Shown here: in pieces, positions 24,661-36,100 of the stretch
How positions within the stretch are numbered: the first letter of the stretch is position 1
Layout of the letters: every line of letters starts with the position of its first letter
Source of the DNA: the human T2T-CHM13v2.0 reference genome, Homo sapiens
Strand: one strand, 5' to 3'
Length of the DNA: 64,000 nucleotides
Assembly: GCF_009914755.1 (NCBI RefSeq)
Contig: NC_060937.1
Program-made: the position numbers and the translations under genes
The notes under the pieces: generated by a model
Database searches by the model: none
What the model saw: only the letters and a program-made list of their open reading frames with translations
Told to the model about the DNA's origin: nothing

Positions 24661-27519
24661 GCATTTATAATATTTAAGGGTGAAATCTATTATCCAATAA
24701 ATGCACCCAAATAAAGCTCTCAGAAAGGTATGGTAAAGGAGCTGGTGGTGAGCATTGAATCTATTAAAAAAACAGAATCAAAAGTAAATACTGGCCAAAA
24801 CTATGGCTTAAAAAGAGAAAATAAACATTGGAAATCTTGATAATATAAAAATAAGAACACAACTAACATGAGATAAAAGAATAGCAAGAGAGTTCCTATC
24901 TTAATTTTTTTAACAGGAAGTGAAATAATGTATACATTAAACATGTTGCTAAAATAGCTAACTTTATAATATTTAAGATAATATCTCTTGTGTTGATAAA
25001 ACATTCATTTAGAGTTTTGAAATTATTTGTTTTTAATTAAGTTCCCCTTCTGTTAATTTCCAATGAAGTAAAACTTAGATAGAATTTAATTTTACTGTAA
25101 TGACATGTGTACTGTATTTCAGGTCTTATAAGACCATGTTTATCCATTCCTTAATCTTTCCACCTATCTACATATCTCCTTTCTGCCCATCTGTCCTTCT
25201 ATTTGTATATCCATCTAACTATACATAGTGATATAGGGATATGCCTGAAATGTTATTCATATTAAACTTATAGGTGGTAGAATTTACAGTAATACTTTCT
25301 TAGATGTTTCTACTTTTATATATTGAATGCCTTTTGTTTTTTTTTCAAGACTACAAAATTTGAAATCTGAAATAAAAGACAAATTTCTTGACCTCAAGTG
25401 CCTTACAGAAGTAACATAATATCACAAGTTCCGGTCATGTTTTAGTTTCTCTTCCATAATTTTAACATACTGGAAAAAGAGATTTTGCAGGGAAGTAGTA
25501 AGATCTGTTAGATAGGAATCAGATCCAGTGTTTTATGGTTTGATAGAATACATGGAAATAATATGAGAAGAGACGGGGGGGAGAGGTAGAAGCACGTTTG
25601 AAACCACATAGTAACTCAGACCTTGAAAATAACTATTCTCTAAGGCTTCAAGTTCTCTTCACTTCACACCTAATTTCTCAGTGAATACATCCATATTTTG
25701 AAACATTGGATTCAGGAAATCAAATTATTACTAGTCTGGTGATTAAATTGCTCTATCCATCTGCTAGTATATTGTCATTATTCTTTGAGCTTTGCTTGAT
25801 GATAACAAAAATTATAAATCACTTGTATTAAATCCAGGCAATTATTGTATAAAATCTTGTAGAAAAAAATGAATGCTTGAACTTGATTTTTTTCTGTCTT
25901 AAAAGCAAAACAAAATATGAAATGCAATATAATCAAGTTTAATATTGGAGTATATTTTCAGAAATGGTGGTGTCCAATGATGTCTCCACGCAGCTGGACT
26001 TTTTCTTGGATGCTCTTTTGGTTGACATTGAATCCACAGAGATTTCTGGCTTCATGGATGGCCAAACACTGGTAAGGTCATGATGTTCATTTAATTAGTG
26101 TGACTGGGTCTACTCCCACAATAATTTCAATGTTTTAAGAGCACTTGTCAATCTTCTTTATTCACTAAGAATCTTTGTTATTTTAGGATAGACTACTTCT
26201 AAAGTTACAGAACAATAATTGTGGTTATCATCTAAAAATCAAAGTTATTTCTAAGTTATTTGTATGATATACAAAAAATGATAGGACTGAAATAAAAAAT
26301 ATGGTAAAGTTATATTAGAATCTTATTCTCCTTTGCTTGCTATATCATTGTTACATAAAATGAAAAGCAGCCTCATTGTAAAACCAGCCTTTCCACTTTA
26401 TTAATATAAACAGAACTAAGCTTTATTTAAAAAATATTTAAAATATTAAACATTTAACTACTTAATATCTTTAAAATATTAAAATATTATTTGAATGCTT
26501 CCTATTTGTACAAAGTAACGTGTAGGAGGTCTTTCCCCTCAAAGCATTCACCATCTAGCACTGTTTCTCCACATTAATAACACAAACGTGCTTTTTTCAA
26601 GCTCATAGTATTTTATATCTTTTTTCAGAGCTTATTCACTCTTCATGGTATACTTATTTTTAAAATAATTTGTTTAGCATCCAACTTTACGGCTAGACTC
26701 CAAACTCCATGTGGATGAAAAGAATGTACCTTTTGTTAGTGTCATATTCCTAGTGCCTGAGTGATGAGCACATCACTGACATTCTGTATAGAATTCATGA
26801 CTGACTCATGCAGACTGTGTGAATTGTTACGAGAGGTACAATCTAAAGAAAGATTATTAAGGAGGTGCAAATTACTGTGTGGAATCTGTGTTAGTTTGGA
26901 AAAGTGTTTCAGATTTAAATGACTTGAAATTGGAAAAGAGAGAATGGATAGGCCAAAAAAGAATAGCATGTTCAATGTTTTGAGGCAACTCAGGAGGAAT
27001 AAATATTTATGAAACAGTGAATTACTCAGGACCACTAGAACCCGTGTTAGTCAGGAAGTGGGAGTGTGGGGTGGCAGTGAGACCTTGAAAAGAACACCTG
27101 AGTCAGATTATTAGAAAACGAGGAATTTTAAGTTTTTATTTAATAATTGTTGAGAAATTTTGGGGGATTGTAGAATTTTGGTTAAATGGCTAAAATAAAT
27201 TACATTTTAGTTGTATATCTTCCCAACTGAAAGAAAGAAAACGTTGTTTAAAGGCAAAATAAACTTTTTTAAGTTCAGGAACTATACGTTTTAGCCTTGG
27301 TAAGTAGAGTAACTTGGCATAGTTCCTAGCATGTTTTAGGCATTGGGCATATATTCCTGATTAGAAGGTCATTTGAATTTGTTAACTGAAATAATGTTCT
27401 GAAAGTGATGAAGTGATTCTTGCTTTGTACAATAGGTAGATAAGATGTAGGTAACTAAGTAGGTAGATAAGAAGACAATAATTTAACAGTCATTAGATGA
27501 ATAAGTAAAAATTAATATA

Positions 27520-27665
27520 TACACATGAACAAAAAACACAAATGCACACACTTAACCACACACATATAGACATGCATACACACAGACATACCCACAGAAG
27601 TACACATTTGCACGTACAAGTACATGCCACATACACAAACACACAGACATCCACACACATATGTG
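27520..27665. repeat. CA-rich low-complexity tract
   Basis: Degenerate (CA)n/(CATA)n. Confidence 0.8.
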
Positions 27666-28209
27666 AGAAAGACAAATATTAGGATCATTCTATAGAAAAC
27701 ACAGACAAAACTCACAGAATATCAAGGAAGATAATATCAGAAGGGCAGAAAAAGAACAGAAGGAAGATAATTTGAAACACGTTAAAAAATAAAGAGTTCA
27801 GTCTGCATGATTAAGGGTTCATTCTAAGCAGATTATCACGTTGTAGGCAGATTTCCCGAACTCATATTGTGCATTGCCAAATACTTATCCATCACATACT
27901 ACCTACACTAGAATCTGGGCCTGGGGACAGCTGGCATATAATATTTACCAAATATAATGTTTATTTTTTCCCTTACAGAATCAAATGTCTGTTTTAAAGA
28001 AAAGGAAAAGTATAGAAAAACAAGAAACACAATCCATTGCCAGAACCCAACATTAAGTATACTAACAGTTGGGTTTTAAAAACATTTTCATTCTAATTTT
28101 TAAATCTATACAACAGGTGTTTCATGCTAACTTGTTGGGGCAGCACTCTCTGAGGTGGGCGGCTTCACAGGTATGGTCCACTCCGGGTCTTAGAATTTGC
28201 CACTTGTTA

Positions 28210-28800
28210 AGAGCCCCGTCAGCCCGAGGTGGAGGGGAAGCCGGGAGGAAAATGGCAGCCAAGGCTGCATCGGGCGGCGAAGAGGGCAGTGTACCCAGGG
28301 AGCGGGGCGCTGGCCAGGCCAGGCTGGGAATGGAATCTGTCCCTAGCAGCGAGGCTGGCACTGACCCCCTCCCAGTCACAGCCACTGAAGCGTCTGTGCC
28401 CGACCGTGGGGCCGACGCCCAGGAGAACGCTCCTCAGGCCGTGCTGCTGCCCCCGCTGCGGGGAGCTTGCCCGCAGCCCGGACGTGGCGGGGCCGGAGCT
28501 GGAGGCTGAGGGGAAGCTGCTGGAGAGGGTGAGGGATCCGCAGCAGCCACCCCTCTCAAGAGTCTGACCTTCCCCGCCTTTTCCTGCACCTCCTCTGAAA
28601 CACCCCCAGCTCCTGAGGAGCGCTAGGAGACGCCGTTTGCCTCCTCCCGCAGCCCGGCGGGGGCGGCAAGGTGGGGACTCCTTGGTGTGGCAGCTGACCC
28701 CGGGCTCGGAGGTGCAGGTCACGCTGCATTGAGGATGTGCTTATCTTGTCGTCCTCCGTCGGGTAGAAGCTCTTCTCCGGGGTCTTCGTGGATCTGTTCA
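28210..28800. promoter_or_regulatory. CpG-island-like segment inherited from parental exon 1
   Basis: About 40 CpGs in 600 bp by manual count, GC-rich, with GC-box-like ggggcgg motifs; the surrounding DNA is CpG-poor. Activity not shown. Confidence 0.55.
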
Positions 28801-30945
28801 AAAGAGATCATGAAACATTTGGTGCTATAGCCCAACTTTTGGTGGGAAACATATGCAGCTCTTCTGGTGATGCTGTTTGGGCCCGCATCCCTGTGACAGT
28901 ATTTCCCAAAAGGGACTATAAAGATAACTCACAAGCCATGTAGCTTCAACGTCATACATTCCAAGAAGGGACGGAAGTCAAGTGTGAAGTTCATGGTACT
29001 GTTCCCAGTGACCTTTCTCCTGCCCTGCCTCATGTGCTAAGCTTGCCTGAAAGCCTGTGGACTTCCAAACCATCACCTCTTTCCCACGAAGGACCACCTT
29101 ATCCTCCCTGCTTTATCAGAATCCATCTAACCAATCAGTACCTCAGCCCTCTCCTCAGAAAATTAAGCTGCCCAAACGAAAATATCTGGGGAAGAACCCA
29201 CTTCAATAATAAATCCCATTAAACTATGACCTAGGCAAGTCCTATGCGATAAATGTTTAAAAAAAAAATGCTGTTGTTGAAAACAAAATTAGAAAAGGTA
29301 GTAATGGAAGTGACTGCTAAATATGACGGTAAAAAACAGAGATATGAAAATGTACCTACTGTGAACAAAAAACTAAAAACTGGCCATAAAGTGGATGGAA
29401 AAACCCAAAATGAAAGCCAGAGAAGAAATACTGTGGTTATGGTTTCAGATACTGCTCACAGAAGAGGCAGAGTAGTAAATGTTTCTGCTCAGGCAGATAG
29501 GTCAAAAGCTCAGTTAAGTAATAACAAACTGCTCTAGAGTAAGAACATGGATCATGCAAAAGCTCAGGGAATTCTCAAAAATTGCCAAGGAAATGGCATG
29601 AAAGAAGCAAACTGAAACCTCTACTCCAAAAATGCACATTCAAAAGTCCATTTCACGGGTCAATATCAGAATCCTAGTCAGATGCCCTTCTGCCTGGGTT
29701 TCATTTAAAACCACAGAGGTACAGGAATGAAGAAAATGACTCGAGAAAGTGTGGAGTGGAGAAGTGGTCCTCAACTCCAGTCTTGCTGCACCTCTATGCG
29801 CTCACCAGGTGAGGGCCTTCTGAAAATCAGAGTCCCTGAAAAGGCCTGGAAGAGGCCAGCAGTGAGAGGTTCAGGACCCAACTGAAATGCATGCTCTTGG
29901 TGAACAAGATGAACCATAGACATTGGACAAAAAGGGCAGCAAAAGCATTATCTCTGGCCTTAAACCAAAAGAAATCTGACTCTTCCCGTGCTTCAGTGTG
30001 TAGCATTGATAGCATAGATGATTTGAAATCATCCAACTCTGAATGTAGCTCCTCAGAAAGCTTTCATTTGCCTCCAGGCAGTATGCATGCACCTTCCAAA
30101 TCCTTCACTTCTTTCTCGTCAAAGGAAGAGAAAAAGTTCAGTAATTCCTTGAAAATGAATCTTCCAAAATTGTCTCTAAATGCATCACACCACATGGCAG
30201 GACCATATGTGTTGGGGAGATTGTTTCGGCCAAGATACATGACTTCCCTTGGTGCCAACCCCTGTTCTTACTGAAGATAATGGCCTTTTATTCATATAGG
30301 AGGACTGTAATTTATGGTTCAATTCTCCAGCATATTTTTTTCTCTTTTGTACCTTTCTCACTTTTTAGAAAACTTCCAGACACACTTGAATAAGAAGAGA
30401 AGGGGCCTGTATTGCAAGGCTATTACAGAGGCGGCTAAGACTGCCAAGCAGCTGACCTCCGAAGTACAGGCTCTGAAGTAAAGGCTCCATTGACAGTTTG
30501 AAACATAAACACAGTAAGGTAGGCAAGACCATTGGAAGTCATCATAGATTTTCAGTCTATTTAGGAATAATTTCTACTACAAACTTGGCCAAATTGGAGA
30601 GAGATTGCACTTAGTTGGCTATTTTAAGAAATACTTACCTTATAGCAAATTTTAGACTCAGAAGCTTAAACTGAACATGCAATCAAAATTTTGTCTTAAG
30701 GAAGTGAGATTTTAGCAATATTTTTTAGTTTTGAAGTCTAAAACCATTCCAAGGCATAGGAACCATAGCCTCAAATTGAAATTGAATTTTCATGAGGACT
30801 GTTAATTGTTATTTGTACCTAATACCATGTGTGTGTGTGTCTATGTAAAGTATAGCCTGTGACTATGGAACATGGACACAGGCTGCATATTGGGGATTGC
30901 TGTAAGGGCTGGTAAGGTGGGGGAATAGTGTGGATATTTAATGAC
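28210..30945 (+). pseudogene. PWWP2A: Processed pseudogene of PWWP2A (PWWP-containing long isoform); former CDS 28252-30508
   Basis: Collinear, intronless peptide matches to PWWP2A as recalled: SEAGTDPLPVTATEASVPD, GELARSP..GPELEAE, IPVTVFPKR, SLWTSKP, TVNKKLKT.HKVDGK.QNESQ, SVCSIDS.DDLKSSNSECSSSESF..PPGSMHAPS, KEEKK.SNSLKM, PWWP remnant AKIHDFPW, AITEAAK.AKQLT, QFET*. Multiple frameshifts and stops (e.g. TAG at 28764 and 28941). The symbol is that of the parent gene; ends are approximate. Confidence 0.93.
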
Positions 30946-31381
30946 TACTTGTTTTTACTTTATTTTTATTTCAGTAGCTTTAGGGGTACAATTGGTTTTT
31001 GGTTACATGGATGAACTGTATAGTGGTGAAGTCTACCATTTTATTGTGCCTGTTACCTGATTAGTGTACATCAAACTGCTGGGGTGATCAGACCCAACAC
31101 CAGGTCGTGGGGGCTACGAAGTCCGGCAGAGTCAAAGAATTGAGTAAAAGACAGTTTGAGAAGTAAAGTGGGACTGGGGGCCATCGCGATTGTGGAGGCT
31201 GTGAAGGCCCCTAGCTCTGGGAGCCCACGCTATTTATTGGTAATCCAACAAAGAAACAGGTGGTGAGAATGTGGGGGTCAAAAAGGCAGGTGCATGATCT
31301 GCAGCTGTGATGATTTAGCATTTACATGGAACATGTTCTGCTACTTGAGAAAATGGGAAGGCGATTGATCCAGGAGCCTAG

Positions 31382-32709
31382 TGTGTCCGGAATTGGTGGG
31401 TTCTTGGTCTCAGTAACTTCAAGAATGAAGCCATGGACCCTCGCGGTGAGTGTTACAGTTCTTAAAGATGGTGTGTCCAGAGTTTCTTCCTTCTGGTGGG
31501 TTTGTGGTCTCGCTGACTTCAGGAGTGAAGCTGCAGACCTTCGCGGTGAGTGTTACAGCTCTTAAAGACAGCACGTCTGGAGTTGTTCATTCCTTCCGGT
31601 GGGTTCGTGGTCTTGCTGGCCTCAGGAGTGAAGCTGCAGACCTTCGCGGTGAGTGTTACAGTTCATAAACATGGCACGTCTGGAGTTGTTAGTTTCTCCC
31701 ATCCAGAGTTGTTCATTCCTCCTGGTGGGTTCTTGGTCTTGCTGGCTTCAGGAGTGAAGCTGCAGACCTTCGCAGTGAGTGTTATAGCTCATAAAGGCGA
31801 CCGGACCTAAAGAATGAGCAGCAGCAAGATTTATTGTGAAGAGTGAAAGAACAAAGGTCCCACAGCGTGGAAGGGGACCCAAGTGCGTTACCGCTGCTAG
31901 CTGGGGTGGTCTGCTTTTATTCCCTTATTTGACCCCACCCACAGCCTGCTGATTGACCCATTTTACAGAGAGCTGATTGGTCCATTTTACAGAGAGCTGA
32001 TTGGTCCATTTTGACAGAGAGCTGATTGGTGCGTTTACAATCCTTTAGCTAGACACAAAAGTTCTCCAAGTCCCCACCCGATTAGCTAGACACAGAACAC
32101 TGATTGGTGCGTTTACAAACCTTTAGCTAGACACAGAGTGCTGGTTGGTGCATTTACAATCCTTTAGCTAGACAGAAAAGCTCTCCAAGTCCCCACTCAT
32201 CCCAGAAGCCCAGCTGGCTTCACATCTTACTGGCACTTGCGGCGGGACTTTGCAGCACCTAGCCCAGGCACTCTGGCGCTCAGAGGGAGCTCCTCCCAGA
32301 CAATCAATAGGAAAAGAGGGCAAATGAGAAAGAGATGGAGACCCGCCATCTTGGCCAACGACCCTGCGAAGAGGGAACGGCCGTTCACGCATGGGACCCA
32401 GCCTCCCATCAAGCCCAGCAGGCGCCAGCTGGCTGTGCCTAGTGTGGGGCCTGCCAAGCCTGCGCCCACCCAGAACCCTCACAGGCCCACCCTGTGAGCG
32501 CTGTGTGCAGCCCTGGCTCCCACCCGCACCTCTCTTTTCACACTTCCCCGCGAGCAGAGGGAGCGAGCTCCAGCCTCAGCCAGCCCCATAGAGGGGCCCT
32601 CATAGCGCAGTGGCTGGCTGAAGGGCTCCTCGAGTGTGGCTAGAGCAGACACTGAGGCCGAGGAGGCACTGAGAGTGAGCGAGGGCTGCTAGCACATTGT
32701 CACCTCTCA
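31382..32709 (-). mobile_element. ERV9 LTR12 (LTR12D/E-like) full-length solo LTR, 1328 bp
   Basis: Minus strand starts tgagaggtgaca and ends aagaacccaccaattccggacaca. Tandem ctgattgg (CCAAT) U3 repeats at 31950-32170, U5 repeats at 31425-31800, 4-bp TSD ctag/ttag. Confidence 0.95.
31885..32170 (-). promoter_or_regulatory. LTR12 U3 promoter: NF-Y CCAAT array, GT box, AATAAA TATA-equivalent (31916-31921)
   Basis: Repeated ccaatcag on the minus strand, followed by gtgggtggggtcaaataagggaataaaagcag, the known ERV9 promoter layout. Confidence 0.7.
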
Positions 32710-33061
32710 TTAGGAGGGCCAGAAGCAAGGAGCCAGCAAGTCTAGACAGATTCCAGAAGATACTATGCAAGCCCTGCCTCAGCTTTCTTCCCAAAGCTCA
32801 GCTTTTTCCCAGCATCAAACCCAATATGTGGTTTTTCAGTTCTCATTCCCTACAACCTTACCCCCTTCTGAGTCTCCAGTATCCTTTATACCAGTCTATA
32901 TGTCCTTGTGTACCCATAAGTTAACTCCCACTTATGAGTGAACATGCTGAATCTAGTTTTTGATTCGTGAGTTACTTCATTTATAATTATGGCCTCAAGT
33001 TCCATCCAAGTTGCGCAAAAGACAATATTTCATTCTTTTTTATGGCTGAACAGTATTTCGT

Positions 33062-33063
<2 letters not shown>

Positions 33064-33098
<35 letters not shown>
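33064..33098. repeat. (TG)n microsatellite
   Basis: Directly visible. Confidence 0.95.
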
Positions 33099-33101
<3 letters not shown>

Positions 33102-36100
33102 CACACACCACATGTTATTTATCCACTCATTGGTTGATGAGCACTTAGGTTGATTCCGTATCTTTGCAATTATGAATCATGCTGTGATAAACACACATAT
33201 GCTGGTGGTGTCTTTTTGATACAGTGACTTCTTTTCCTTTGGGTAGATAATAGTAGGATTGCTGGACCAAATGGTAGGTCTACTTTTAGTTCTTTGAGAA
33301 ATTTCCATACGGTTTTCCATAGAGGTTGTGCTAATTTACATTCCCACAAACTGCGTGTAAGCATTCCTTTTTCATCACATCAACGCTAACATCTATTGTT
33401 TTTTAACTTTTTAGTAATGGCCATTCTAGTTGGGGTAAGGTGGTATTTTACCGCCTTAATTTGCATTTCCCTGATGATTATTGATGTTGAGGAGTTTTTC
33501 ATGTTTCTTGGCAATTTGTATATCTTCTTTTGAGGAATCTCTAGCCATGTTCCTTGCCCACTTTTAAATGGGATTATTTTGTTTTTCTCTTACTGATTTG
33601 TTTGAGTTCCTTATAAATTGTGGATATTTGTCCTTTGTTGGATGCATTGTTTACAAACATTTTCTCCCATTCTGTGGGTTTTCTGTTTACTCTGATGAGT
33701 TTTTTCTTTTTCTTTTCTTTTCTTTTTTTCTTTTTTTTCTATGCAAAAGCTTTTGTTTAATAGGTCCCATTTACTTATTTTTATTTTTGTTGCATTTGCT
33801 TTTGGGGTCTTAGTCATAAATTCTTTGCCTAGGCCAATGTCCAGAAGAGTTTTTCCTAGGTTTTCATCTAGAATTTTTATGGTTTTAGATCCTAAATTTA
33901 GATCTTTAACCTATCTTGAGTTAATTTTTTATGTAGTGAGAGATAAAGATCCAGTTTCATTCTTCTATATGTGGCTATCCAATTTTCCCAGCACTGTTTA
34001 TTGAATACAGTATCCTTTTCCCAGGTTATATTATTGTATGCTTTGCCAAAGATCAGCTGGTTGTAGGTATTTGGCTTTATTTATGGGTTCTCTATTATGT
34101 TCCATAGGTCTATGTAACTACTTTTATACTAGTACCATGCTATCTTGGTTACTGTAGCCTTGTAGTATAATTTGAAGTTGGGTAATGTTATGCCTCTAGA
34201 TTTCTTCTTTTAGCTTAAGATTTCTTTGGCTATTTAGGCTCATTTTTGGCTCCAGATGAATTTTGGGATTGTTTGTCTAATTCTGTGAAAAATACTGTTG
34301 TTATTTAACATTTTTATTAGAATTGCATGAATCTGTAGATTGCTTTGGGAAGTATGGTCATTTTCACAATATTGATTCCTCCAATTTATGAGCATGGGAT
34401 GTATTTCCATATGTTTGTGTCATCTATGATTTCTTTCAGCAGTGTTTTAAAGTTCTCCTTATAGAGATTGTTCATCTCCTTAGTTAAGTATATTCCTAGG
34501 TGTTTAATTTTTTTCTAAATATTGTAAAAGGGATTGAGTACTTGATTTGAATCTCAGCTATGTCATTTTTGGTGTATAGCAGTGCTGCTGATTTGTGTAC
34601 ATTGATCTTGTAACCAGATACTTTCCTGATATCATTGATCAGATCTAGTAGTCTCTTGGAGGAATCTTTAGGGTTACAAGATCATATCATCAGCCGAGTT
34701 TGACTTTCTCTTTCCCAATTCTGAAGTCCTTTATTTATTTATTTTTCCTGATTACTCTGGCTAGGACTTCCAGTACTATGTTGAATAGAAGTGGTGAAAG
34801 TGGGCATCCTTGTCTTGTTCTGGTTCTTAGGGGGAATTCTTTCAAATTTTCTATGTTCAGTATAATGTAGGCTGCGAGTTTTTTATATACGGATTTTATT
34901 ATCTTGAAGTGTGTTCCTTCTGTGCCTAGTTTGTTGAGGATTTTTATCATAAAACAATGCAGGATTTTATTGATTGCTTTTTCTGCATCTACTGAAGTGA
35001 TCATATGGTTTTTGGTTTTAATTCTGTTTGTGTAATGAATTTCATTTATTGTCTTGTGTATATTGAATCATCCATGCATCCCTGGAATGAAACCTACTTG
35101 ATTATGAAGAATCATTTTTTTGATGTGCTGCTGGATTCAGTTAACTAGTATTTTGTTGAGGATTTTTATATCTATATTTATCAAGGATATTGGTTTGTAG
35201 TTTTCTTTTTTTGTTATCTCCTTTCCTGGCTTAGTATCAAGGTGATACTGGCTTCGTATAATGAGTTAGGGAGGATTCCATCCTTTTCAATCTTTTGGAA
35301 TAGTTTCAGTAGAATTGGTACCAGTTCTTCTTTGAATGTCTGGTAGAATTTGGCTGTGAACCCATCTGGCCCTGGGCTTTTTGTGTGTGTGTTGGCAGCT
35401 TTTTTTTTTTAATTACTGATTTGCTCTCACTGCTTGTTATTGGTCTGTTCAGGATTTCTATTTCTTTCTGATTCCAGCTAAAGAAGTCCTAAATTTATCC
35501 ATTTCTGCTAGATTTTCCAGTTTTGCATAGAGGTGTTTATGTATAATCGAATGACCTTTTGTATTTCTGTGGTGTCAATTGTAATGTCTCCATTTTTATT
35601 TCTCATTGAGCTTATTTGAATATTTCTTCTATTCTTTGTTTACCTAGCTAGTGGTCTATCAATTTTGTTTATCCTTTCAAAGAACCAGCTTTTTGTTTCA
35701 TTGATCTTTTGTATTTTTTTGTTTCAATTTCATTTAGTTCTGCTGTTGTCTTTGATATTTATTTTCTTCTGCTAGCTTTGAATTTGGTTTGTTCTTCTTT
35801 CTCTAGTTACTTGAGGTGTGACATTTGCTTGTCAGTTTGTGATCTTCCAGACTTTTTGATGTAGGCATTCAGTGCTGTAAACTTTCCTCTTAGCACTGCT
35901 TTTATTGTATCCCATAGGCTTCATAACTTGTGTCACTAGTATCATTCATTTTGAGAATTTTAAAAATTTCTATATTGGTTTTATTTTTAATCCAGAAATA
36001 ATTTAGGAGCAGATTGTTTAATTTCCATGTACATGTATAGTTTTGAGGATTTCTTTTGGAATTGATTTCTAATTTTATTCTGCTCTGCTCTGAGAAGATA

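Larger units (their letters stand above)
31077..32814 (-). mobile_element. LTR14-family (HERV-K14/HML-1-type) solo LTR, split by LTR12
   Basis: TG...CA termini and a perfect 6-bp TSD tcaaac at 31071-31076 and 32815-32820 (betaretroviral length). 'gggaaaaagctgag...ctgaggcagggcttgcat' and 'gtgttgggtctgatcacccc' match LTR14A/B as recalled. Confidence 0.8.

Noticed and set aside
28219-28801. Minus-strand ORFs (167 and 81 aa) over the pseudogene
   Set aside because: Stop-poor antisense frames expected in GC-rich former coding DNA.
29034-30274. 62-, 94- and 127-aa ORFs as a functional gene
   Set aside because: Frameshifted fragments of the PWWP2A retrocopy; the PWWP motif is disrupted.
31425-32170. 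Regularly spaced repeats resembling a CRISPR array
   Set aside because: They are the normal U5 and U3 tandem repeats of LTR12; the intervening sequences are not unique spacers and the DNA is eukaryotic.
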